64,000 nucleotides of DNA from a virus, in the IMG/VR virus record IMGVR_UViG_3300001796_000003, positions 7,577-71,576 of that record; one strand, written 5' to 3'. Positions 48,501 through 55,722 of the stretch are shown here, in pieces. Under the pieces are notes generated by a model. The model saw only the letters and a list, made by a program, of their open reading frames with translations, searched no databases and was not told the DNA's origin. How positions within the stretch are numbered: the first letter of the stretch is position 1; every line of letters begins with the position of its first letter. Both the position numbers and the translations under genes were made by a program.

Positions 48501-49115
48501 GCTGACGATCTGATGGTTAAGGACGACATGGTGCCTTATGCCGAACGCCGTAAGAAGTTCATCGAGGACTTCAAGAAGTTGCGCAAGAAGCCAATTAAAT
48601 TGCACGAGGACGTGTTCAAGTTTGATCCCCTGTCCATCTTCCTAATGGAGAAGGAGACCAACAAGGTCTTCAATAAGACGCTACTCAGCAATCCCGACAT
48701 CATGGATCTGGTCAAGCGATACCACACAGATGAAGCCTCTCTTGAGCTCAATTCTCTTGTGGAGACCGGTCGGACGGCTGTCCCATTCAAGATGGGCTCG
48801 GTTCCGGTCTTGGCCAATATCAAGGTGGCAGAGGGCTTTTGCGGAAAAACAGATAAGGATGTCGGCTTGATTCTTCTGTATGAGTCATCATCTTTTACGT
48901 CTGGTGTTTCTAAGAAGAGTGGCCGTCCGTGGTCCAAGGTGGCTGTAAACCTGTCCGATGGGTACGCTACTATTGAGTGCGTTGACTGGAAAGGCAAGAA
49001 GGCCTTCGGGTGGAATAAGAACACCATCGTGTATGTCCGCGGCGAGTTGAAGCCGGGCTGGAAGACTCCAGTTTGCTTAGATATACATGAAATTCAGCGT
49101 CTCTCAGACGATTAA
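45582..49115 (+). CDS. dnaE: DNA polymerase III alpha subunit (family C)
   Basis: PHP motifs LHNHSKYSLLD, TDHG, GVE, DAH; RGSAGGSLL; catalytic FPDIDGDF; K.DILGL; YSFNRSH; HhH VKGIG; C-terminal OB fold. Confidence 0.95.
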   Translation: MSKFKPVVQLHNHSKYSLLDAVPSPQDWVRWCLETGTPGLAVTDHGTAISMYDAIRTPDLIKNINKENKDWNKENPKKSPRPEYPLDAAKLIPGVELYVKLNAEDEGHYHITVWACSNEGYHNLMKLASLAYNDTVSYYGSLKARVTYEQIKQYKAGLMFGTGCIVGPIGQAIMKNKDKKLAEERFLMYKELFGDDLLIEFHVGDITHDFNKKTGSFDAFPVEEGPDQCTCDHNKQRGYNLFLKEMVEKHGGKCVPVTDAHFVYPEDKIIQDCLLKNGNSNGWYFHESYHQIMADEMFKKLQVHLGEEWMTEERFSEWIDNTYIPLERSKSIKFKFEYHLPKIDIPEHIKAKAPDNYDQQTYWYLMERIKFHGRWNNDPVYVQRFKTEVDVIMKNEKLNFLPYFLVYEDIGTFARSKGILQNLARGSAGGSLLSFYLKIIHIDPIKAHLPFERFLSHARIRAGSFPDIDGDFGDRDRSLIMKYLQDKYNLGFAQIATFQKMKTKNAIKDAMYALYGKKGNDPEVMAICETIPDSPQGVDEHDFLYGYTDQEGNYNHGIVELNKTLAKFFQIHPEIQKMVDKLIGTVRGWGRHASAFVISTLDLSADRVPTMMLDDDHLGKIQVTQYDAGMVEKSGLVKADILGLSTLTAVSDCIKLMQDKGIDYLQEENGVPLIYRLPEDPQVYADFYKKDTDSSFQFNTDLIKGMVQEFCPLNRQALADFTALARPGALDAPLGDSTAAQFYMDVRNGVKSLTYLHEDLEPILKETNGVFVYQESVMRFLVEIAGYSWEESDIIRSAIAKKKQEVIMNCFDKIRTSCRSRGWDDDAIEQVCQQILAFSRYSFNRSHSYAYGELGYITMYLKHHHPLEWWASMLNLDLAEDKLRRYVSKLGEIVRPPSLKNPSDRFVVRNEDPLGLGKEYIYAPLSVVKGIGPKVVHELCTKGPFENLEDFVARIDHAKCNTGGISALIKGRAADDLMVKDDMVPYAERRKKFIEDFKKLRKKPIKLHEDVFKFDPLSIFLMEKETNKVFNKTLLSNPDIMDLVKRYHTDEASLELNSLVETGRTAVPFKMGSVPVLANIKVAEGFCGKTDKDVGLILLYESSSFTSGVSKKSGRPWSKVAVNLSDGYATIECVDWKGKKAFGWNKNTIVYVRGELKPGWKTPVCLDIHEIQRLSDD

Positions 49116-49126
49116 ACGCGCGTGTA

Positions 49127-49147
49127 TAATCTCCCCACAGGAGATTA
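49127..49147 (+). promoter_or_regulatory. RBS-sequestering hairpin overlapping a TATAAT promoter
   Basis: TAATCTCC-CCACA-GGAGATTA (8 bp) covers the AGGAG SD of 49152; TATAAT at 49125-49130. Confidence 0.65.
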
Positions 49148-49151
49148 ATAC

Positions 49152-49664
49152 ATGGCTAAATTTGTAAGCGTCAAGACTGCTCCAACTACCCTCCGTAAGG
49201 ATGAGGTTGTTTTGCAGTCACCCGACTTCTTGGAACAGATCAGAGCGGCTTCTCACCGTAAGTCTCAGAGAAACCTCACTGCTCTTAATCACATGAGGGA
49301 TATTCTTACCCTCATCCAGCAGAAGTTTGAGACCGACCTTCAGATCTTGAAGATTCCACTCTCTCAGTATGAGGGCTTGGAGTTTAAGGATGAGAAGGAG
49401 CTCAGCCGCATCATCATTCGGTTGCTGAAAAATGAACGCCCTCTCGCGTTTGAGAAGTTTTTGGAGTATAATATTAGAAACCGGCCATATGGAGTTAAGT
49501 TGATCTATTATGTCGGTGATTGGGGCGATACTGGAGCTTTCACTAGAAACGGTATTGACTCAATTGAAGAGAAGGACATAGATGAATATCTTGGTGTGAA
49601 ACCCAAGAAAATTGTTGGAAAGCCGGCTGTAACCAAGGAGCAATCTGAGGAATCAGCTAGCTGA
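49152..49664 (+). CDS. hypothetical protein
   Basis: 170 aa with SD and promoter. Confidence 0.75.
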   Translation: MAKFVSVKTAPTTLRKDEVVLQSPDFLEQIRAASHRKSQRNLTALNHMRDILTLIQQKFETDLQILKIPLSQYEGLEFKDEKELSRIIIRLLKNERPLAFEKFLEYNIRNRPYGVKLIYYVGDWGDTGAFTRNGIDSIEEKDIDEYLGVKPKKIVGKPAVTKEQSEESAS

Positions 49665-49701
49665 TTTTGAAGATACCCTTTGACTAATTAAGGAATAACC
49701 T

Positions 49702-50736
49702 ATGAATACAAATACTAAGATCAAGTTGAATATGGACTCGCTGAAGACTTCGAAGGAGTGGGTTCGTCACAAGGTGAAGAGCGGCAGCAACATCTTCCGC
49801 ATTCTCCCTCCGTTTGGTGATAGCTCAAACGGTTACCCGTACCGCAAGTGGCAGATTATCTGGGGCCTCACTGACCCCTCGAGTGGTCGTGTTCGTCCGT
49901 ATGCCTCTTCGTTGACCACCGAGAAGCGCGACCCGGTTGTTGAGTTTGTTACGGATCTCCGTACGCGCCTTGATGAGATGGAAGGTACGCTCAAGGGCCG
50001 TGGTATGGACGACAAGAGCGTTCAGAAGCATCCGAAGTTCGCGCGTCTTGCAAAGTTCATCCGCGATGTGTCCCCGAAGACTGTTTATCTTTACAATGCA
50101 GCTGACAAGGCTGGTGTTGTGGGTCTTCTGGAGCTCAAGAGCTCAGCACACAAGGACATGAAGGCATGCATGAACGAGTATATCCGCGACTACAATCAGG
50201 ATCCGACCTCGCTCAACAGCAACGATGATGATTCTGGCGTGTGGTTCAATGTTAAGCGTACTGGCGAAGGCTTTGACACGGAATACAAGGTCGAGAAGCT
50301 CCAGACCAAGCAGAAGGTTGGCAACAACATCTCATTCGTTGACGATCGCACTCCGCTTCCTGAGGCTCTCGTGCAGAACTTCGACAACCTCGCTTATGAC
50401 CTCAGCGCGGTCTATAAGACCAATACATATGACGATCTGAATGACGTCCTTCAGGCAAACCTCGATACGTTCTACAAGGTGTGCCCTGAAGCCAACCTCT
50501 CAATTCCTGTGGATCTCGATTCGGACGATGAGGCCGAGGGTGCAGCACCTGTTCCGGTCAAGGCAACTCCTGTAGCAGCAAAGCCGGCTGGTAAGGTTGC
50601 ACTCAAGCTTCAGGATTCGGACGATGAAGAGGAAGCTGCTCCCGTTGCCAAGGCTGCCACCAAGAAGCCAGCAATGCCTGTCGTGTCGGACGATGACGAC
50701 TTCATGGCTCAAGCAGACGCGATCCTTCGAGGATAA
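49702..50736 (+). CDS. ssb: single-stranded DNA-binding protein (T4 gp32-like)
   Basis: N.FRILPP, aromatic-rich core, G..F.VKRTGEGF.TEY.V, Ala/Pro/Lys linker and acidic tail (DDDDF...IL). Confidence 0.8.
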   Translation: MNTNTKIKLNMDSLKTSKEWVRHKVKSGSNIFRILPPFGDSSNGYPYRKWQIIWGLTDPSSGRVRPYASSLTTEKRDPVVEFVTDLRTRLDEMEGTLKGRGMDDKSVQKHPKFARLAKFIRDVSPKTVYLYNAADKAGVVGLLELKSSAHKDMKACMNEYIRDYNQDPTSLNSNDDDSGVWFNVKRTGEGFDTEYKVEKLQTKQKVGNNISFVDDRTPLPEALVQNFDNLAYDLSAVYKTNTYDDLNDVLQANLDTFYKVCPEANLSIPVDLDSDDEAEGAAPVPVKATPVAAKPAGKVALKLQDSDDEEEAAPVAKAATKKPAMPVVSDDDDFMAQADAILRG

Positions 50737-50741
50737 CATAA

Positions 50742-51191
50742 ATGAGTGACCTTCCCACGAAAGTGGTGGATGTTACTCGATTAGCAGAATACGTAAACAA
50801 GATTGAGGAGCTATCATCGGTATCAAAGATGATGGCTCCCGTCTATTTACGGGACTTTATTCTCGGACAGGATGTCGCCGCTACGTTACTAGCGAAGGCT
50901 GTTCAGGCCGACAATAAAGCTAAAGCTGCTCTCGAGTATGCTGAATCCATCGCCTATCTAGAGAACGCAAAAGCGTACCTTGATATGAAAGGTATCAAGG
51001 ATACATCAGAAGCACGGAAGCAATACGTCAACATTGATCCTGACGTGGTTAAGGCAAAAGACAACAAGGCAATGACTGAAGCCACTGTGGTTCTGTTCAA
51101 GAGTAAGTTGAGTGAACTTCGTCAGAGCCACGATACACTGAAGAAGATTACGTACGGGGATAATAACATGACGCCGTATGAAGGAATGTAA
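50742..51191 (+). CDS. uvsY: recombination mediator (UvsY-like)
   Basis: 149-aa helical protein between SSB and RecA; EARKQYVNIDPDV..AK pattern. Confidence 0.6.
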   Translation: MSDLPTKVVDVTRLAEYVNKIEELSSVSKMMAPVYLRDFILGQDVAATLLAKAVQADNKAKAALEYAESIAYLENAKAYLDMKGIKDTSEARKQYVNIDPDVVKAKDNKAMTEATVVLFKSKLSELRQSHDTLKKITYGDNNMTPYEGM

Positions 51192-51205
51192 CTGGAGAAT
51201 ACCCT

Positions 51206-51472
51206 ATGAAAATCAAACTAACTAAAAGATCAAAGACAGATGGAACACTAGTAACGGTATCATTGGCCCAATTAAACGACTATCACTTCAAGCATGGCTT
51301 CATTGGCGAAGAGCTAATTGCTGATGTGGATGGTGTTGCTACAGTATTCACGCTAGCACGGCCCAATAAGGAAGGGTTCCCGACTGTCATGACAACGCGT
51401 AGTCTTCCTCGCCACGTTCGTCTTCCCCGTGTTGGCCGTCCGGTCTATGCGGAAATCTCGGAGCTTCGCTAA
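51206..51472 (+). CDS. small hypothetical protein
   Basis: 88 aa, GGAG SD, coupled to recA. Confidence 0.65.
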   Translation: MKIKLTKRSKTDGTLVTVSLAQLNDYHFKHGFIGEELIADVDGVATVFTLARPNKEGFPTVMTTRSLPRHVRLPRVGRPVYAEISELR

Positions 51473-52599
51473 TGGCTAATAAGTGGCTCTCCAAGATGAC
51501 GGGCGATTTCGGTATCGTCGCGTCGCAGCTGAAGACAGCCCTGCCGCCGGTTATTCCGTCACGGTCGCCTTCGCTTAACTGGGCGCTCGATATCGGTGGT
51601 TTCCAGCCTGGTAAGGTCTATGTTCCGTACGGCCCCGAGTCATCAGGTAAATCGCTGCTTGCGATGATGGTTATCGCAGACCTACAGAAGCGTGACCCTG
51701 AGGCCATCTTCGTGTGGTTTGATGCTGAATTCTCATTCAACCTCAACCTATTCGTGAAGATCGGCGGTGATGCGGAACGTCTCTATCTCCGCCGCACCAA
51801 CAATCCTGAGCTCATCTTCGATTATATGAAGACAGAGATGAAGGAGCTTCTGCAGGACGGGGCGCCAATCCGTGGCTTCGTTATTGACTCGATCAAGTCA
51901 ATCCTGTATCCTAAGGAACAGAACATGAAGAAGACCACTGACCAGAAGATGGGCGGTACTGGTGCTTCTTATCTTCCTACGGCTCTCAAGTGGATTATCC
52001 CGATTGTGGCTGAGTTCAATCTTCTTGCCTTCCTTATTCAGCAGGTGACGATGGAGATTGACCCTAATAAGGCAAAGCGCAATCCGTATGTCATCACGGA
52101 AGGCCGTGCTCTCAAGCATGCCGCAGATACTATGCTCGAGATTACCAAGCTCGATACAAAGGCTGGTGTTCTTGAGTCAGGTACGGCATTGTCCGGTTCT
52201 GCTCATCAGGTCGGTCACGTCATTCGTGTCAAGGTGAAGAAGAATCGCCTTGGTCGTCCTGCCCGTGTTGCTCAATTCGCTTATCACTACGACAAGGGGG
52301 TTATCAACACGGGTGAAGAGTTGTTTGATCTAGGGAAGACTCTAGGTCTTATCTTCCATCCGATTAGCGAAACAACTGGTAAGCCTAATGCAATGATGTG
52401 GGCGTTCGGGAAGCATCCCCCGATTAAGGGAGAGGATAACATGAAACAGTTCATCGTTGCCTCTCCTGAAGTTCAGGAAGAACTGATGAAGGCTTGTCAT
52501 GGTCATCAGGATTCGACTGAAATCAAGGTTGATGCAGATGGCGTCGTCATCGGTGACGATGATGATGTTCTCGGTGCTCTCAGTTTCGACGAAGAATAA
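51472..52599 (+). CDS. recA: RecA/UvsX recombinase
   Basis: YGPESSGKS, FDAE, FVIDSI, QQV, GRALKH, KVKKNR. Confidence 0.93.
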   Translation: MANKWLSKMTGDFGIVASQLKTALPPVIPSRSPSLNWALDIGGFQPGKVYVPYGPESSGKSLLAMMVIADLQKRDPEAIFVWFDAEFSFNLNLFVKIGGDAERLYLRRTNNPELIFDYMKTEMKELLQDGAPIRGFVIDSIKSILYPKEQNMKKTTDQKMGGTGASYLPTALKWIIPIVAEFNLLAFLIQQVTMEIDPNKAKRNPYVITEGRALKHAADTMLEITKLDTKAGVLESGTALSGSAHQVGHVIRVKVKKNRLGRPARVAQFAYHYDKGVINTGEELFDLGKTLGLIFHPISETTGKPNAMMWAFGKHPPIKGEDNMKQFIVASPEVQEELMKACHGHQDSTEIKVDADGVVIGDDDDVLGALSFDEE

Positions 52600-52614
52600 C
52601 AGAATACACAGGAC

Positions 52615-52657
52615 TATCCGGCGGGTGGGCTATAGCAATATAGCCTATCGCCGGATA
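52615..52657 (+). other. 19-bp stem-loop with GCAA loop, no U-tract
   Basis: TATCCGGCG(G)GTGGGCTATA-GCAA-TATAGCCTATCGCCGGATA; two G-U pairs favour plus-strand RNA. Confidence 0.75.
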
Positions 52658-52673
52658 CTTGTATAAGGACCCT

Positions 52674-53258
52674 ATGAAAAAGATTTGTTCTAAGTGCGGA
52701 ATTGAAGGAGAGTTAACCGTTGACTTTTATAAGGATAAGCGCGGTCTTGGGGGTTTTCGCTCTAAATGCAAATCGTGTGACAAGCAGAGAGCAATAAAAT
52801 GGAATAGAGAAAATAAGGAAGCTCATGCTCAGCATCAGCGTCTCTTTGCTAAAAACAATCCCAATTCGACTCGAGTCAGTAGAGCTAAATATGTTGAAAA
52901 ATATCCGGACAGAATTGCAGCGTCTCAAACTAAATACTTAAACTCAAATCCGCAGGCCCGCCTTAGAGGAAACTTAAGACGTCGCCTTTATAACTTTCTT
53001 AAGCGAACTAAACAACCTAAAATTGCTTCTGCAGTTGATGAATTAGGGTGCTCTGTTGAAGAACTTAAAAAATACTTAGAGTCAAAGTTTCAATCAGGAA
53101 TGACCTGGGACAATTATGGTTTGTGGGAAATTGACCACATTAAACCGTTAGCTGCGTTTGATATGCTCGATATGCAACAAGTCAAACAGGCTTGTCATTA
53201 TACTAATTTGCAGCCACTGTGGCAAGAAGACAACAGAAGCAAAGGAGATAGACAATGA
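52674..53258 (+). mobile_element. free-standing HNH homing-endonuclease gene, paralog of 40345
   Basis: CxxC..CxxC; MTWDNYG.WEIDHIKPL..FD.......ACHYTNLQPLWQEDNRSK; ATG 52674. Confidence 0.85.
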
Positions 53259-54274
53259 GAGTTTTGTTCATTGGAGATATGCATCTTCGCATTAATAAGT
53301 TTTCTCTTGCATTACAGTTTCTTACTTGGTTAAATACGTTTATTGAAGATCAAAAGCCAGATTTAGTGGTTAATTTAGGTGATGCTACGGATACGCATGC
53401 GGTCATTCGCTCCGAGGTGCTCAATGAGCTAATGGCTCACATATATCACGTAGTTGATTCAGGTATTCCGTATGTTTACGTTTCGGGTAATCATGACTAT
53501 TTTTCCCCTAAAGACTCCAAATATCACGCTCTCCTCCCCTTCAAGGGACGCATCAACAATCTGTTTGTCGTAGACGAGCCTCAGGATCTGTTTGGGATGA
53601 CGTTTGTTCCGTTCATGGCAGATGAGAAGAAGTTCCCGACAAAGACTAAGCCAATCTGCATTGCCCATCAGACCTTCCTAGGTGCCGATTACGGTGCAAT
53701 TAATGCTAATGAGGGGATTGATGCTAATACTGTGAGTGCAGATATCATCATTTCGGGTCATATCCACAAGAAACACGACCTGGGGAAGGTCGTGTATGTG
53801 GGATCACCTTATAGCCAGGATGCTTCCGATGCCAACCAAATTAAGGGTATTAGTACCTTCGACACAGACACGTTTGAATTTTCTTTCACTCCGACACCTA
53901 TGCCTTCATGGAAAACCATTAAGCTTGAGATATCAAGCGCGCAGGGAGCTGATGGACTTCATATGGCTCTTGAACAGGCTACGTCTGACCGAACTACAAG
54001 TCATCATTACCTCATCGAAATCACTGGACCTAAAGCCGAAGTAGTTGCCTATATCGAGTCTCCTCAGTATCTAAAGCTAGTCAAAGGTCTGAGTATAAGA
54101 CTTAAGACGGTCTTTACAGATAAGGAACGTAAGAAGGTCGCAATTAGTGCTATATCTATGGAACAAGTTCTTTCTGAGTTTGTAAATAGGGTTTATAGTG
54201 GAAGTCTAGATAAAGACAAGGTTTTACAGAAGGCCAAGGAAGTACTCGAGCAAGTTAAGTCCCAGGCGACCTGA
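53255..54274 (+). CDS. sbcD: SbcD/Mre11/gp47-like nuclease
   Basis: IGDMH, LGD..D, GNHD, IAHQ, SGHIH, YVGSPY. Confidence 0.9.
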   Translation: MRVLFIGDMHLRINKFSLALQFLTWLNTFIEDQKPDLVVNLGDATDTHAVIRSEVLNELMAHIYHVVDSGIPYVYVSGNHDYFSPKDSKYHALLPFKGRINNLFVVDEPQDLFGMTFVPFMADEKKFPTKTKPICIAHQTFLGADYGAINANEGIDANTVSADIIISGHIHKKHDLGKVVYVGSPYSQDASDANQIKGISTFDTDTFEFSFTPTPMPSWKTIKLEISSAQGADGLHMALEQATSDRTTSHHYLIEITGPKAEVVAYIESPQYLKLVKGLSIRLKTVFTDKERKKVAISAISMEQVLSEFVNRVYSGSLDKDKVLQKAKEVLEQVKSQAT

Positions 54275-54297
54275 TATAATAGGCGAGTAGGTAAATT

Positions 54298-54750
54298 ATG
54301 GAAAAGACTGATGTTACAGAGATTATGGATTCCGATCGTTGGTTGCTCAACAACGGGCTGGTGTCCGATACTATCAAAAATCAGCTCTTTTTCTGTGGGT
54401 CGATTGTTCATAAGGACGTTCAGGCAGTAGAGGTAAGAGTAGTTCCAGAGAAGAAACTGGTCGACTACATCATTTATGTCACTCCTGGTCTTCTCGAGAA
54501 GATCGCCCAATATCAAAAGCTATCTTCATCAACGTCGATATTTGGGCTATGGAGATTTAAGCGGCTTCTGAAGCGTGAGGGTTGCCTCGACTTCCAGAAG
54601 GTGCTTAATTCTTTTGTAGTTGACTATTGTGGCCCCAAGTGGGTTGCAAAAGCTAGCGTTATCAGCTTTGACTCGTATGTAGATGGTCTTGAGGCTGACA
54701 ATGACGACAACGGAGACAGTGAGTTTCATCAACCGTCTGACAACGGATAA
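54298..54750 (+). CDS. hypothetical protein
   Basis: 150 aa; extended -10 TGATATAAT at 54272-54280 upstream. Confidence 0.7.
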   Translation: MEKTDVTEIMDSDRWLLNNGLVSDTIKNQLFFCGSIVHKDVQAVEVRVVPEKKLVDYIIYVTPGLLEKIAQYQKLSSSTSIFGLWRFKRLLKREGCLDFQKVLNSFVVDYCGPKWVAKASVISFDSYVDGLEADNDDNGDSEFHQPSDNG

Positions 54751-55108
54751 AGACGAACAGCAAGAATTGTGGGTTCATTATTTAGAGAATAATGACCTTT
54801 CTGCTTTGTCAACTCACTTGTCTCAAATACGCAAACAGTATAGTGAAGAGGAATTGCTCCAAGTTACTATTTGGAAGCAAATCAGACACCCTTCTGACCT
54901 TAATCTGCAGTGGGTCTTTGATAACTTTACTGACCTAGAACAGTCAGTTATTCACTTGTTGATATTGAATGTTTCGTTGGTGGATATCGCTAGTATTAAG
55001 TCAATTGGAATAAATCGTCTGCGTCACGTTATATCGATAATCCAACAAAACCCTGCGTGGGACACTTTTTCCACTTCGTGGTATAAAGATAGTTTAAAAG
55101 GAACTTAA
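54701..55108 (+). CDS. small sigma-factor-like/HTH protein
   Basis: DEQQELWVHYLE (region-2-like) and FTDLEQSVIHLLILNVSLVDIASIKSIGINRLRHVISII (region-4-like HTH); GAGG SD before ATG 54701. Confidence 0.45.
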   Translation: MTTTETVSFINRLTTDKDEQQELWVHYLENNDLSALSTHLSQIRKQYSEEELLQVTIWKQIRHPSDLNLQWVFDNFTDLEQSVIHLLILNVSLVDIASIKSIGINRLRHVISIIQQNPAWDTFSTSWYKDSLKGT

Positions 55109-55110
55109 GA

Positions 55111-55722
55111 ATGGCTCTAAAGACATCTCTCACAGAGGAAGAAAAATATGGTCTCTCGGCAGAAGAGATTAAGCTAGCCACTCGTTGGCTTCGTGTTCAC
55201 AAGACAGCCGGAGCTATTCCTGATCTTGAGGCAGCTAAACTTTTCGAACTGTATCTTCTTGGTGAGCCTCTTGTTAAATTGGCACAGAACTTTCCTCAGT
55301 ATCCCTTTGGACAGATTGCCTTTACGGCCGCTTACAAGCGTTGGCCTGCAGACCGCGATCGTATGATGTCTACTCTCAAGGATAGAGTACAGGCAAAAGT
55401 AGTCAAGAGTGTGCTCGATCAGGTTGACTTTCTAACTAGCATGATGGCAGTAGCTAATGCTGAACACCTGGACAGTATGTCCAAGTATGTTCGCGATCCG
55501 AGCAACAATCCTAAGCCAGCGCTCCGCATTACTTCTATTAAGGATTATAAAGACATCACGGACACTCTCTTGAAGATTGTGACTGGTGCAACTGCCGGCG
55601 GGGAGAAGGGAAAGAGCTCGCCGATGATTTCGGCCCTTACTTCACACGAGGATAGACGTCAGCTTCCGGGCCCCAAGGAAGAAGTTGAAGAAGTGACGAT
55701 CTTGAACATTGACAATGGCTAA
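55111..55722 (+). CDS. terS: putative terminase small subunit
   Basis: Immediately upstream of and overlapping terL; N-terminal HTH-like region plus coiled coil. Confidence 0.6.
   Translation: MALKTSLTEEEKYGLSAEEIKLATRWLRVHKTAGAIPDLEAAKLFELYLLGEPLVKLAQNFPQYPFGQIAFTAAYKRWPADRDRMMSTLKDRVQAKVVKSVLDQVDFLTSMMAVANAEHLDSMSKYVRDPSNNPKPALRITSIKDYKDITDTLLKIVTGATAGGEKGKSSPMISALTSHEDRRQLPGPKEEVEEVTILNIDNG

Noticed and set aside
9395-49027. Long antisense ORFs (e.g. 9395-9859, 38406-38915, 48536-49027, 56057-56461)
   Set aside because: Shadow frames of strongly codon-biased genes; no SD and no recognisable motifs.
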